64,000 nucleotides of DNA from the NCBI GenBank assembly GCA_946628415.1, contig CAMOWK010000011.1, forward strand, positions 9,927 to 73,926, given 5' to 3'. Made by a program: the position numbers and the translations under genes. Source of the stretch: an uncultured Lachnospiraceae bacterium (GTDB lineage Bacteria; Bacillota; Clostridia; Lachnospirales; Lachnospiraceae). Below the pieces are notes generated by a model that ran no database searches, was not told the DNA's origin, and saw only the letters and a program-made list of their open reading frames with translations. The first letter of the stretch is position 1. Every line of letters begins with the position of its first letter. Below, piece after piece: positions 48,654 through 58,009 of this stretch.

Positions 48654-49880
48654 TCACCTGTCTTTATCATATCCCATCACATGCCTTATTTCTGAAAGCA
48701 CTGAAATGAATTTCTCCACTTCTTCTTCTGTATTATAGAACATGATGCTTGCGCGTGTTGTTGAAGGAATACCGAGCTGCTGGTGGAGCGGTTCAGCACA
48801 ATGATGACCTGCTCTTACAGCAACACCTTCATCCGCAAATATGGAAGCAACATCGTGAGGATGCACTCCTTCAATCTTAAATGTAAGTATTCCGTTATGT
48901 TCCTTCGCGGTCTTTCCACCGAGAAGTATTACGTGAGGAATCTTATTTATGCCCTCTATTGCAATCTCAGTAAGATGCTCTTCCCAGCGAAATGCATCGT
49001 CCTGACCTATACTTTTTATATACCTTACAGCTTCAGCAAGAGCAACTGCACCGCCGCCGTTCACTGTACCTGCTTCAAACTTATGCGGCACTTCAGCGTA
49101 TGAAACCTCATCAAGAGATACATGTTCAATCATCTCTCCTCCTGTCATGTATGGAGGCATCTGATTTAGCAGTTCCTTTTTTCCATAAAGCACACCGATC
49201 CCCATGGGTGCAAGCATTTTATGACCGGAAAACGCAAGAAAATCAACATCAAGATCACTTACATTAACCTTCATGTGTGGCACACTCTGGGCACCGTCCG
49301 CAATGAATACCGCTCCAACCTTATGCGAAGCAGCAGCAAAATCTTTTATATTTACTACTCGTCCGAATATATTGGACATATGAGTCATCGATACTATTTT
49401 CGTCCTGTCGGAAAGAAGCTCTTTAAACTCTTCCAGCGAAAACTCACCTGTGATATCACACATAAGATACTTTATCTTTGCACCGTATCTTTTCGCAACA
49501 TGCTGCCACGGAAGCATATTACTGTGGTGTTCTGCAACCGTTGTTATAATCTCATCGCCCGGCTGAAGAAGCATTTCTCCCAGACTGTATGCTGCAAGAT
49601 TAAGGCTCTCAGATGCATTTCTTGTAAATACTATCTCACTTTCATCCCCTGCTCCGATAAACTCCGCAACAGTTTTTCTCGCATCCTCATATTTTTCGGT
49701 TGCCGAAACCGAAAGGTCGTAAAGTCCCCTGAAAGGATTGGCATTACTGTATCTGTAATAATCCATTTCAGCTTGTAGAACTTTGTCCGGTCTCTGACTT
49801 GTTGCTGAATTATCCAAATATGCAAGATTTGTTTCATCAAAAAATCTAAAATCTTTTCTAATTTCTTTTACATCAAACAT
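48654..49880 (-). CDS. sufS: Cysteine desulfurase
   Basis: YLDNSATSQRP, EHHSN, DGAQS, FSGHKM, RAGHHCA. Confidence 0.95.
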   Translation of the reverse strand: MFDVKEIRKDFRFFDETNLAYLDNSATSQRPDKVLQAEMDYYRYSNANPFRGLYDLSVSATEKYEDARKTVAEFIGAGDESEIVFTRNASESLNLAAYSLGEMLLQPGDEIITTVAEHHSNMLPWQHVAKRYGAKIKYLMCDITGEFSLEEFKELLSDRTKIVSMTHMSNIFGRVVNIKDFAAASHKVGAVFIADGAQSVPHMKVNVSDLDVDFLAFSGHKMLAPMGIGVLYGKKELLNQMPPYMTGGEMIEHVSLDEVSYAEVPHKFEAGTVNGGGAVALAEAVRYIKSIGQDDAFRWEEHLTEIAIEGINKIPHVILLGGKTAKEHNGILTFKIEGVHPHDVASIFADEGVAVRAGHHCAEPLHQQLGIPSTTRASIMFYNTEEEVEKFISVLSEIRHVMGYDKDR

Positions 49881-50935
49881 AACTCTTCCTTTAATTCCTC
49901 ATCCGGAATCATTTCTATTGCGGTATTAACTCCGCTCCCCGCCATAAGTTCATATATCATATCCTTCGGGATTCCTCTGGACTGCATATAGTAAAGGATC
50001 TCATCGGAAAGCTGTCCGATAGAAGCCCCGTGTTCGCCTTCAACATCTTCTTCTGCGCAGAGTATTATAGGTATGGTCTTATTTACGACATCATCACTCA
50101 TAAGGAGAACTTCTTCATTCTCCTCGCCCTTTGCACCGGCACAACCACGAACAAAATCAATGGTACCTCTGTATGTCTTACGTGCCTCATCTCCGATCGA
50201 GCCCTTCGCAAGCATTTTACTTTCGGTGTTTTTCCCAAGATGCTTTGCCACATAGTTAAAATCAATCTCACCTTTTCCGTAGCCCATGTAACCGGTAAAT
50301 GCATTAAAGGATGACTTATCTCCGCGAAGCACTGCCTCACATCCTATGTTGATATTCTTACCCGAAAGTACAACATGAACAACCGAAAGTTCAGCGCCCT
50401 CTTCCAGCTCAGCTGCAGTATCATTTATGAATAATGTACTGTCAGAGAGCCTGTGTACCTGAACCAGATTAACTCTGGCATTTTTTTCAAGCTTTATTCT
50501 TGTCTCAACTATCCCCCGGATGTCCAATGATGAATCGCCTGAAAAATCCATCACAAAGGTAAGATTTGAATCCTGAGCTGCGTTTAACCTTACCCGATTT
50601 AAACTTTGCTCCTTTTCACTGTCATATATAAATCTGACTGAGGCATCTCTCTCCACACCTTTTTCAGAAGAAAAATATATAGGTGCGATATCTTCCTGAT
50701 TGACCAGATTTATAAAGCCTTTTCCTGTTGCCGATTCAATTTCATTAAACTCTTCATCTAAAGCTTTCCCTGCTTCCGCTTCAATTTCCGCCTTAGTCTT
50801 TATGTCTCCGTTTTTTATGACGTACTTTCCTTCTTCTGATGTGGGACTTACAAGAACCGACTTATCATTTATCTTTAGAGCATGCCAGGTGATGCTTGGA
50901 AGTCTGTTTATCCTTATATCTTTCATTTCTTTCAT
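49868..50935 (-). CDS. sufD: Fe-S assembly protein SufD
   Basis: IPIILCAEEDVEGEHGASIG, YYMQSRGI; lies between sufB and sufS. Confidence 0.88.
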   Translation of the reverse strand: MKEMKDIRINRLPSITWHALKINDKSVLVSPTSEEGKYVIKNGDIKTKAEIEAEAGKALDEEFNEIESATGKGFINLVNQEDIAPIYFSSEKGVERDASVRFIYDSEKEQSLNRVRLNAAQDSNLTFVMDFSGDSSLDIRGIVETRIKLEKNARVNLVQVHRLSDSTLFINDTAAELEEGAELSVVHVVLSGKNINIGCEAVLRGDKSSFNAFTGYMGYGKGEIDFNYVAKHLGKNTESKMLAKGSIGDEARKTYRGTIDFVRGCAGAKGEENEEVLLMSDDVVNKTIPIILCAEEDVEGEHGASIGQLSDEILYYMQSRGIPKDMIYELMAGSGVNTAIEMIPDEELKEELCLM

Positions 50936-50946
50936 AATGTCACCAC

Positions 50947-52350
50947 CTATCCGATACTGCCTTTCATTTCAAGTCTGATAAGATTGTTCATCTCAACTGC
51001 ATACTCAAGCGGAAGCTCCTTGGAAACATTATCTGCGAATCCGCTGACTATCATGGTTCTTGCATCTTCTTCCGAGATACCCCTTGACATGAGATAGAAT
51101 ACAGCCTCGTCACTGATCTGACCGATCTTTGCCTCATGCCCTATATCGGCATCCTTCGTTCTTATATCCATCGCAGGGATAGTATCAGATCTTGAAATAT
51201 CATCAAGCATAAGTGATGCGCAGTCCACTGAAACCTTTGCACCGCTTGCATTTTTTCCAACTACAACAGAGCTTCTGAACGTGCTCTCTCCGCCACTCTT
51301 CGAAATCGACTTAGCGCTTATCACTGCACTTGTGTTCTTTCCCGTTTCAACAAGCTTCATACCCGTATCAAGCTGCTGACCTTCGCCGGCAAATGTAATT
51401 CCGGTATATTCCATATGAGAGTTATCGCCCTTAAGTATAGTCATGGGGTAAAGATACGATGTATGAGAACCAAATGAACCTGATACCCATTCCATCTTTC
51501 CTCCCTCAGAAACAAGGGCTCTCTTACTGTTAAGGTTATACATATTCTTGGACCAGTTCTCTATGGTTGAATATCTGAGTCTGGCATTCTTACCTACAAA
51601 CAGTTCGACCGCGCCTGCATGAAGATTTGCAATATTATACTTTGGTGCAGAACAGCCCTCTATGAAATGCAGGTCTGCGCCCTCATCAACTATGATAAGC
51701 GTATGTTCAAACTGTCCCGCTCCCGGTGCATTTAATCTGAAATACGATTGAAGAGGGATTTCAACTTTCACTCCCGGTGGAACATATACAAATGAACCGC
51801 CGGACCAGACTGCTCCGTGAAGAGCCATGAATTTATGATCCGTCGGAAGAAGCAGTTTCATAAAATGATCCTTTATCATTTCAGCATAAGGACCGTGTAA
51901 TGCTGACTCAAGGTCGGAATAAACAACTCCTTGAGAAGCAACCTCTTCTTTTATATTATGATATACAAGTTCCGAGTCATACTGTGCACCCACTCCGGCA
52001 AGTGACTCTCTTTCAGCTGCAGGAATACCAAGCTTTTCAAATGTTTCTTTTATCTCATCAGGAACCTCATCCCAATCAGCTGTCATCTTTCCTTTTGGTT
52101 TAACATATGTAACTATGTTATCCATATCGAGCCCGTCAATTGAAGGTCCCCAGTCAGGGATCTGCAACTCATTATATATCTCGAGTGATTTGAGTCTGAA
52201 ATCTCTCATCCACTCGGGATCATTTTTCTCCTTCGATATCTCCATTACGATTTCGGGAGAAAGGCCTTCATCTACTTTATAATAATCTGTCTCTTCATAA
52301 CGAAAATCGTAAAGACTGCGATTAACGTCTTCGACATATGTCTTTTCCAT
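50947..52350 (-). CDS. sufB: Fe-S assembly protein SufB
   Basis: AGVGAQYDSE, QFEHTLII, EGCSAP, HEAKIG, FYLMSRG. Confidence 0.96.
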   Translation of the reverse strand: MEKTYVEDVNRSLYDFRYEETDYYKVDEGLSPEIVMEISKEKNDPEWMRDFRLKSLEIYNELQIPDWGPSIDGLDMDNIVTYVKPKGKMTADWDEVPDEIKETFEKLGIPAAERESLAGVGAQYDSELVYHNIKEEVASQGVVYSDLESALHGPYAEMIKDHFMKLLLPTDHKFMALHGAVWSGGSFVYVPPGVKVEIPLQSYFRLNAPGAGQFEHTLIIVDEGADLHFIEGCSAPKYNIANLHAGAVELFVGKNARLRYSTIENWSKNMYNLNSKRALVSEGGKMEWVSGSFGSHTSYLYPMTILKGDNSHMEYTGITFAGEGQQLDTGMKLVETGKNTSAVISAKSISKSGGESTFRSSVVVGKNASGAKVSVDCASLMLDDISRSDTIPAMDIRTKDADIGHEAKIGQISDEAVFYLMSRGISEEDARTMIVSGFADNVSKELPLEYAVEMNNLIRLEMKGSIG

Positions 52351-52376
52351 ACAAACCTCTCTTTTCACTTATCACA

Positions 52377-53120
52377 TTATTTAAGATACTCTTCAAAGCC
52401 CTTTTCATTTATCTCATCAATAAGGCTTGCATCACCCGTCCTGACTATCTTTCCATCCACAAGAATATGTGTGTAATCAACATCAAGTGATTCAAGTATC
52501 TTTGTACTGTGGGTAATGATTATAAGTGACCCGTCTGTACTTTTTCTATATTCAGAAACGCCTTTGGAAACTATTCTTACAGCATCAACGTCAAGCCCCG
52601 AATCGGTTTCATCAAGTATCGCAAGACTCGGTTTAAGCATAAGGAGCTGAAGAATCTCAGCCTTCTTTTTCTCACCACCGGAAAAACCTACATTCAGGTC
52701 TCTGTCTGCATAGTCCTTGTCCATCTCAAGTATATCAAGAGTCTTCTCAAGTTCTTTCCTGAATTCCCATATCCTGATTCTCTTCTCACGTCTTGAATCC
52801 ATACTGTTTCTTATAAAGTTAGCAAGGGTGATACCCGGAACCTCTATTGGGTTCTGGAATGTAAGGAATATTCCCCTCTTCGCTCTTTCTGCCGGATTCT
52901 CTTCAACAAGTTCCTCACCGTTAAAGAGTATGGAACCTTCCTTTACTTCGTATCTTGGATCCCCCATAATGGAATGTCCAAGAGTTGACTTGCCTGCGCC
53001 GTTCGGTCCCATTATGACATGCGTCTCTGCCTTACCGACACTAAGCGAAAGATTCTTAAGAATCTCTCTCTCACCTATACTTACATTTAAATCTTTTACT
53101 TCAAGTAATCTATCTGACAT
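52377..53120 (-). CDS. sufC: Fe-S assembly ATPase SufC
   Basis: GPNGAGKST, FSGGEKKKAEILQ, DETDSGLDVDA; GGAGG RBS before ATG 53120. Confidence 0.96.
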   Translation of the reverse strand: MSDRLLEVKDLNVSIGEREILKNLSLSVGKAETHVIMGPNGAGKSTLGHSIMGDPRYEVKEGSILFNGEELVEENPAERAKRGIFLTFQNPIEVPGITLANFIRNSMDSRREKRIRIWEFRKELEKTLDILEMDKDYADRDLNVGFSGGEKKKAEILQLLMLKPSLAILDETDSGLDVDAVRIVSKGVSEYRKSTDGSLIIITHSTKILESLDVDYTHILVDGKIVRTGDASLIDEINEKGFEEYLK

Positions 53121-53142
53121 TATTGTACCTCCAGCAAATATC

Positions 53143-53181
53143 AATAGGACTTAATTTGTCCATTAGAAGAGTATATTCTAA
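53143..53181. promoter_or_regulatory. Two adjacent inverted repeats upstream of sufC, candidate Rrf2/IscR-type operator
   Basis: AATAGGAC-ttaattt-GTCCATT (53143-53164) and TTAGAA-gagtata-TTCTAA (53163-53181). Confidence 0.4.
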
Positions 53182-53195
53182 AATGACTTTTAAGT

Positions 53196-53222
53196 AAAGA
53201 AATAAGGCGGCATTTGCCGCCC
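53196..53222 (-). terminator. Intrinsic terminator after the AAA ATPase gene
   Basis: Minus strand GGCGGC-aaat-GCCGCC-TTATTTCTTT. Confidence 0.65.
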
Positions 53223-53251
53223 TATGTAGTGATAAAAATTTCTCATTAAAT

Positions 53252-54946
53252 CTATAATGTTGCAAATGTATACGGAATCCCTGCTCCTTCAAAGACTGCA
53301 TCAAGTCTTTCATCGCTTGTAAGAACTATAACCTGATCAAGTCCCAGTGTTTCAACGCACTGTGCAAATGCTATCATATCTCTGAGCGGCATACCTGTCA
53401 TGGCATCATCAATGATGAGCGGTACATTTTCAGGAGACATTCCCGATGCAACTGAAAGTCTTATAGCAAGATAGAGTTTACGAAGCTCATCAAGAGAAAG
53501 CTGACTTATCTTGAGTGTCGCACCCGATACGCTTATAAAGAGACGTCCTTCGCTGCTAAGAGTAAGCTTTCCGTAATTATCACCCAGAAGTTTTTTGATG
53601 TATTTTTCAGAATTTGAAAAAATAACCTGATAGTTTTTCTTTCGCATTTCATTTGAAATCTGCTTAATTCTTGATATGGCAAGATTAATCGCCGCAAGCT
53701 CTGTTTCAAGCATACTCTTCTTTTTAAATACATCATTAAACTCTGCTTTAAGATGAGTTCTTTCTGATTTTCTGTTAAGAAGAAATTTCTCTTCCTCACG
53801 AAGTTTGTCCTTCTTCTCCTGAAACTCCTTGGCAAATGTCATATCGAATTCTATCTCTTCTCTCTGTTCCGACTCTTCCTTCAGTTCTTCAAGAACACGT
53901 TTAAAGTCATCATCGGACGGAGTCTCGGAATCATCCTCCTCAGAGAAGAAACCTTTAAGCCTGAGATCATCGATTATAGTAAGTATAACAAATATTGCTG
54001 TAAACAGGATGAATACTCTTCTTACTATCTCCTCAAAAGGAAGCAGTCTTACTATAATGGCAATAAGCACTATAACAGCGATTCCGACGAGAAGTATAAA
54101 CGGAAGCCTTTCTGTCAGTTTCTTCGGTCTGTCTTCCTCATCCAGAGATTTTTGCTCTGCTTCGGTAAGTCTGTCTATCTTTTCATCAATAGTTTCATCC
54201 TGCTGATATGTGACTGTTCCGTCTTCATTTTCAACTATCTTTCTTGCAACCCTCTTACGTTTTGCAGCTTCCATAAGGAATTCTTCATTGAGAGTCTTAA
54301 GGTCATTTTTAATTCTTTCAAGTCCCGGATCCACGTCATCATATTCTTCGATCTGTTCTGTAAGCTCATCCAGACGTCTGATCATAGGCTTTGTGCTGTT
54401 ACGCTGCTTCTCTGATTCAAGATATTTTATCGCGTCATTTCTGTTAATATCAGCAGCACCGGTATCCATTACATTTGTAACATATTCTTCGATACCCCTT
54501 GCAATCTCATTCTCATCCTGACCTTCGATCGGTTCTATTATCATACTTCCGGAATAACTCTTCCGGTCAGCCATGATAAGGGTTCCCGAAAGTGTATCAG
54601 GATTATTAAGACGTTTTTCTCTTCCTGAATTAACATTCAGTACGGAAGTCTGTTTAGTTGCGGAGAGGAAATCCTTTTCCACGAGATAAACCTCATCCCC
54701 ATCCTGAATATAAGCGCTTCCCTTATAACTGACTCCGGACTTTGGGCGTCTTAGGTTATATGACTCTTCATTTACACCGATACCTGATTTTTTCGTTATC
54801 CCGAAAAAGATTCCGAGAACAAAATCGCGAAATGTTGTTTTGCCGGCATCTTTTTCTCCGTAAATGACATTAACGCCCTTGCCGAGATCCACATTTTTAT
54901 TATTGAATTTTCCAAAACTTTGAAGAAATGCTTTGGTTATATACAT
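53252..54946 (-). CDS. YhaN/SbcC-like ABC-type ATPase with coiled coil and two internal TM helices; signature and D-loop degenerate
   Basis: FGKF..K, Walker A GEKDAGKTT, coiled coil, TM pair, LSLDELRKLYLAIRL, PLIIDDAM. Confidence 0.8.
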   Translation of the reverse strand: MYITKAFLQSFGKFNNKNVDLGKGVNVIYGEKDAGKTTFRDFVLGIFFGITKKSGIGVNEESYNLRRPKSGVSYKGSAYIQDGDEVYLVEKDFLSATKQTSVLNVNSGREKRLNNPDTLSGTLIMADRKSYSGSMIIEPIEGQDENEIARGIEEYVTNVMDTGAADINRNDAIKYLESEKQRNSTKPMIRRLDELTEQIEEYDDVDPGLERIKNDLKTLNEEFLMEAAKRKRVARKIVENEDGTVTYQQDETIDEKIDRLTEAEQKSLDEEDRPKKLTERLPFILLVGIAVIVLIAIIVRLLPFEEIVRRVFILFTAIFVILTIIDDLRLKGFFSEEDDSETPSDDDFKRVLEELKEESEQREEIEFDMTFAKEFQEKKDKLREEEKFLLNRKSERTHLKAEFNDVFKKKSMLETELAAINLAISRIKQISNEMRKKNYQVIFSNSEKYIKKLLGDNYGKLTLSSEGRLFISVSGATLKISQLSLDELRKLYLAIRLSVASGMSPENVPLIIDDAMTGMPLRDMIAFAQCVETLGLDQVIVLTSDERLDAVFEGAGIPYTFATL

Positions 54947-56007
54947 TATCTGTCTCCTGATGTGAAGAGTGCTTCAATGCCGTATCTTACAGCCTTTGTT
55001 CTTACCTCTTCATCCTGTTCATAGCTTTCTTTTATATTGTCGATGAACTTTCCTATAAGATTATGCTGGTTTTCATCATAGATCTTGTTCTCATCGTGGC
55101 GGCTTAAGGTCTTATCTATGATAGTATATACATTAAACCTGTCTTTAATCTTCTTGAAGTTAAGATGCATGTCCCTTTCGATTATGCCCTTCAGGACTAT
55201 AGTATATATATTATCAAACCCAAGCTTCCTCATCTTCTTGAAGACGCCTTCGATGATCTCCTGATCAGAAAAGTCAGAGCTTATCTCTATGGTCATGTTA
55301 ATGTATTGCCTCTTTGATATAGGCTTCCATCTTATCTTTGTAACGCCATCATTTATCTCACCGATAATATATCCCCTTCTTCCGATATCAAGATGGGATA
55401 AAGGTTCCGGTGAACCCGGATAAGCCATTCTGTTCTTAAGAATATGTACAGGTCTTGTGCTTCCTCCGAGAGCGATATAGTCAAAGCCCTTCCTTGCGAG
55501 AACTTCATTCTTGAAAGGCATATGTCCCTCTGTACCACCGCATCCAAGGAGAATATTTACAGCGTCCGGACGACCCGGAGAAATATTCTCAAGCACAGGA
55601 TCCGGATACTCGGCACGGCCGTAACTGTATCCTGTGACGCAGGTGTTTATGCCCTTAAGATATGCATTTGTAGTCCTGTCACGGGGAAGTATTACTGTTT
55701 TGGATTTAAACTTGTATGTCTCCTGAGGAGAACCGGGAGCTATATAGTCCCTATCACCTGCTGAGATGACAATTCTTGTTCCCGTAAGCGGCAGAAGCAT
55801 CTCATCTAAATGTTCAAGATCTTCCAATGTAGGCGGTGCATCAAAAAGATTTCCGGCTATAAGCAGAAGCCGCACATCTTCATCCTGACAAACCTGTATT
55901 ACATTTTTAAAAGTTTCTTCGATTTCTCCGGTTCTTTTATCGCCCCACTCTTTTCCGGCGTCGGGCTTTGCTCCCAGACAAACATCAGATATATGAATGA
56001 ATTTCAT
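54946..56007 (-). CDS. YhaO/SbcD-like metallophosphoesterase, metal ligands substituted (probable pseudo-nuclease)
   Basis: FIHISDVCLG, IAGNLFD, SAGDRDY, LLGCGG, YIALGGST, AYPGSPEP.....GRRGYI. Confidence 0.8.
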   Translation of the reverse strand: MKFIHISDVCLGAKPDAGKEWGDKRTGEIEETFKNVIQVCQDEDVRLLLIAGNLFDAPPTLEDLEHLDEMLLPLTGTRIVISAGDRDYIAPGSPQETYKFKSKTVILPRDRTTNAYLKGINTCVTGYSYGRAEYPDPVLENISPGRPDAVNILLGCGGTEGHMPFKNEVLARKGFDYIALGGSTRPVHILKNRMAYPGSPEPLSHLDIGRRGYIIGEINDGVTKIRWKPISKRQYINMTIEISSDFSDQEIIEGVFKKMRKLGFDNIYTIVLKGIIERDMHLNFKKIKDRFNVYTIIDKTLSRHDENKIYDENQHNLIGKFIDNIKESYEQDEEVRTKAVRYGIEALFTSGDR

Positions 56008-56103
56008 CTTTAAATTCTCCTTCACCTGTCTATGAGACAGTCGAAAGTATTATAGTTGTTTTATTCATGAATAGCAAGTGTCACGGGGTATAAAACTTAA
56101 CTT

Positions 56104-56313
56104 TTATTCATCAACCTCGTCACCGGCATTCTGAATATTCTGCACATCTTTGTTATATGCATCAACTGCGTCCTTGGCTTTTTCTTCCTGCTCTATCCCA
56201 TAATCAACCATGTTCTTTTCGCGTTCATTTTCCTCTGCCGTTTTGCCACCGCAGGCAGTGAGCATTACGATAGTTATGAGCATAATAATCGGTAAAATAA
56301 CTTTTTTCTTCAT
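56104..56313 (-). CDS. Small lipoprotein
   Basis: 69 aa; MKKK + hydrophobic core + lipobox LTAC; GGAGG-like RBS; start overlaps the tcdA stop. Confidence 0.7.
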   Translation of the reverse strand: MKKKVILPIIMLITIVMLTACGGKTAEENEREKNMVDYGIEQEEKAKDAVDAYNKDVQNIQNAGDEVDE

Positions 56314-57074
56314 GATAACCCTCCGTTACATATATCTTTTACAACTTCTCCGGCTATAATAAGCCCCACGACCGAAGGAACAAATGCCACCGAACCCGGA
56401 ACTGCTTTTTCTCTCCGTTCCTGTTCCTGCACATCATTTTTAGCATCAGCAGCTTCTTCCTTACTCTCCGGCAAATACTGTCTTTGCGGTTTAATCGGTT
56501 CTTCCTTTGAATAAACGACTTTAAGACTGTCTATCCCTCTTTTTCTGAGTTCCCGACGCATTACTTTAGCAAGAGGGCATACAGAAGTTTTATAGATATC
56601 AGAAACCATAAAACCTGTAGGATCAAGCTTGTTTCCGGCGCCCATGGACGAAATCACAGGCACTTTGGCTCTCGATGCATTTTCTATCAGAGTCAGCTTC
56701 GCCGTCACAGTATCAACTGCATCGACTATATAATCATACTCGCCAAAATCAAATTCATCGGCTGTCTCGGGTAGATAAAAAGTCTTGTAAACCCTTACGT
56801 TGCATTCGGGATTTATACTCATAACCCTCTCTTTTGCAACATCAACCTTATTTCTTCCAACACTTTCTTCCGTAGCGATGATCTGCCTGTTGATATTAGT
56901 TATGTCAACCACATCCTTATCAATCAGATCAAGTGCTCCAATACCGCTCCTTGCAAGCGCTTCAACCGTATAACCGCCTACGCCACCGACTCCGAATACA
57001 GCAACTCTCGAATTTTTCAGTTTCGCCAGCCCCTCCTCACCGAGAAGAAGCCCCGTTCTCATAAATCTATCCAT
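56310..57074 (-). CDS. tcdA: tRNA threonylcarbamoyladenosine dehydratase (ThiF family)
   Basis: VFGVGGVGGY.VEALARSG, TNINRQI, SSMGAGNKLDP, PLAKVMRRELRKRG, PGSVAFVPSV.GL. Confidence 0.9.
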   Translation of the reverse strand: MDRFMRTGLLLGEEGLAKLKNSRVAVFGVGGVGGYTVEALARSGIGALDLIDKDVVDITNINRQIIATEESVGRNKVDVAKERVMSINPECNVRVYKTFYLPETADEFDFGEYDYIVDAVDTVTAKLTLIENASRAKVPVISSMGAGNKLDPTGFMVSDIYKTSVCPLAKVMRRELRKRGIDSLKVVYSKEEPIKPQRQYLPESKEEAADAKNDVQEQERREKAVPGSVAFVPSVVGLIIAGEVVKDICNGGLS

Positions 57075-57081
57075 AATCCTC

Positions 57082-58008
57082 TCACACCATTTCCCACGGG
57101 GAAGCTCCCTCCGGTAAATCAGGTTGGGCAAAGTGCAATTTACCAGAGGAACTGTCCCCTTGGTAAATTCGCTGACGCAGGACTTCGTAGCAAACTATGC
57201 CTGCCGATATGGAGGCGTTGAGCGATTCCACTTCACCTTCCATGGGAATTTTAATAAGTCTGTCAGCATTTTCCGAAAGCGCATCGGACAGTCCCGCGCC
57301 CTCGTTTCCTATCATAAAGGCAACAGGTCCGCTAAAGTTCTCGGAATACATATTATTCCCTGAGAGGTGTGTCCCGAAAACTGTAACTCCCGACTCTTTA
57401 AGCCTCTTTGTATCTCCGACTATGTCGGCCGAAATGCATATAGGCACTCTTAGGATTGAACCCATGGTACCTCTGACAACCTTTGGATTATACACATCGA
57501 CAGAATCACTGCTAAGCAGTATCCCGGTAACTCCGGCGCCTTCCGCCGTTCTTATGATAGTCCCAAGATTCCCGGGATCTCTCAGGCTTTCTATGATCAG
57601 GATAAATGTATTTTGCCCGTGCTTAATTTCCGATATTTCATGAGCCTTAATCCTGACTACCGCTGCAATACCCTGCGGATTATCGGTATCCGAAAGCTTC
57701 TTATATACCTCATCTGTTACAGAATTTGCTTTTCCTTTTTCTATGAGACTGCGAAGCTTATTCTTAGTGGCATCTGCCTTTTCCTGAGGGAGCCCGCCAT
57801 CCATGCGGTTCCATATCTCCTCGGTATAAAAGGCATCAATGATATCCTCTTCCTTTACCTCCGAAAACAGCCTTACCCCTTCAATTACAAATGCATTTGC
57901 CGCATGCCGCAGTTTAGCATCCTTAAGAAGCTTTGAAACATACTTGATTCTTTCATTTTTAAGCGATGTAAGAACAGGTCTTCCCTGTCCAAAGTCAGAT
58001 TTAAGCAT
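57082..58008 (-). CDS. TrmH/SpoU-family RNA 2'-O-methyltransferase
   Basis: IEGVRL, PQGI, DPGNLGTIIRTAEGAG, GNEGAGL, ESLNASI. Confidence 0.92.
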   Translation of the reverse strand: MLKSDFGQGRPVLTSLKNERIKYVSKLLKDAKLRHAANAFVIEGVRLFSEVKEEDIIDAFYTEEIWNRMDGGLPQEKADATKNKLRSLIEKGKANSVTDEVYKKLSDTDNPQGIAAVVRIKAHEISEIKHGQNTFILIIESLRDPGNLGTIIRTAEGAGVTGILLSSDSVDVYNPKVVRGTMGSILRVPICISADIVGDTKRLKESGVTVFGTHLSGNNMYSENFSGPVAFMIGNEGAGLSDALSENADRLIKIPMEGEVESLNASISAGIVCYEVLRQRIYQGDSSSGKLHFAQPDLPEGASPWEMV

Positions 58009-58009
58009 A

